A DNA stretch of 20,000 nt, from assembly GCA_013265495.1 (NCBI GenBank), contig MU058103.1:1175303-1195302 (forward strand), written 5' to 3'. Both the position numbers and the translations under genes were made by a program. The notes beneath the pieces are model-generated. The model saw only the letters and a program-made list of their open reading frames with translations. It ran no database searches and had not been told where the DNA came from. This document shows, piece after piece, positions 19,603 through 20,000 of this stretch. Position 1 is the stretch's first letter, and each line of letters starts with the position of its first letter. This DNA is from Vicugna vicugna (taxonomy: Eukaryota).

Positions 19603-20000
19603 CATGTGAAGAGAAACAAAATCCAAATTATATTAATGCTATGATTAAAATTAATAGTCTGTCCTTTAAAAGACCCTCCTAAAGGACAGATTTCCTATGC
19701 AGATGAATTAATGAGTAAACAGCATAAACATTTGTGGCTTGCACCTGAGATAATGAGTGAATACTGGATAGAAAATGTTGAGCAGCAGTAATGAAAATCC
19801 TTTGTTGACGCCCCCAGCAAGGAACTAATTCCTCAGCTCGGTCAAGTTGTCCAGTCATGGCTTCAGAGACTGGTTGGTATTTATCTCTCTCTCATATCAA
19901 AAAGCAGCAGTATGTTGGCATAGTGTCACAGCATTATAATGAAATCACATGTTTCTCTGAAATTACTCAGAATGAATACCATTTGTTGCCACATTTTTTT

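Noticed and set aside
1..20000. CRISPR arrays, operons, tRNA/rRNA genes or other prokaryote-like systems
   Set aside because: The sequence is clearly mammalian repeat-rich DNA; no regularly spaced repeats, long ORFs or structural RNA genes were seen.

Overview
Non-coding mammalian genomic DNA, AT-rich overall and dense in interspersed repeats. It carries many ancient MIR and L2 fragments, old L1M-class 3' pieces, four younger cetartiodactyl-type L1 3' ends, four Tigger-family (TcMar) MITEs and two hAT-Charlie MITEs (MER3-like, MER5-like). The L1 3'UTR sequences, and no recognisable Alu, B1/B2, BovB/Bov-tA, PRE-1 or CHR SINEs, suggest a camelid-like artiodactyl (inference). I recognise no protein-coding gene, and the listed ORFs look like chance ORFs. 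Repeat-free islands hold a small CpG cluster (~4590-4830), motif-rich enhancer/promoter-like segments (~7820-8130, ~9130-9480) and a ~72-nt imperfect palindrome (16248-16319). Several good minus-strand splice signals may mark a spliced transcript: a candidate 77-nt exon ending GCCATGGAGG|GTAAGT and a polyY-CAG|GTGAGG site. I found no convincing new biological system. Repeat family names come from remembered consensus sequences, and boundaries of old repeats are approximate.
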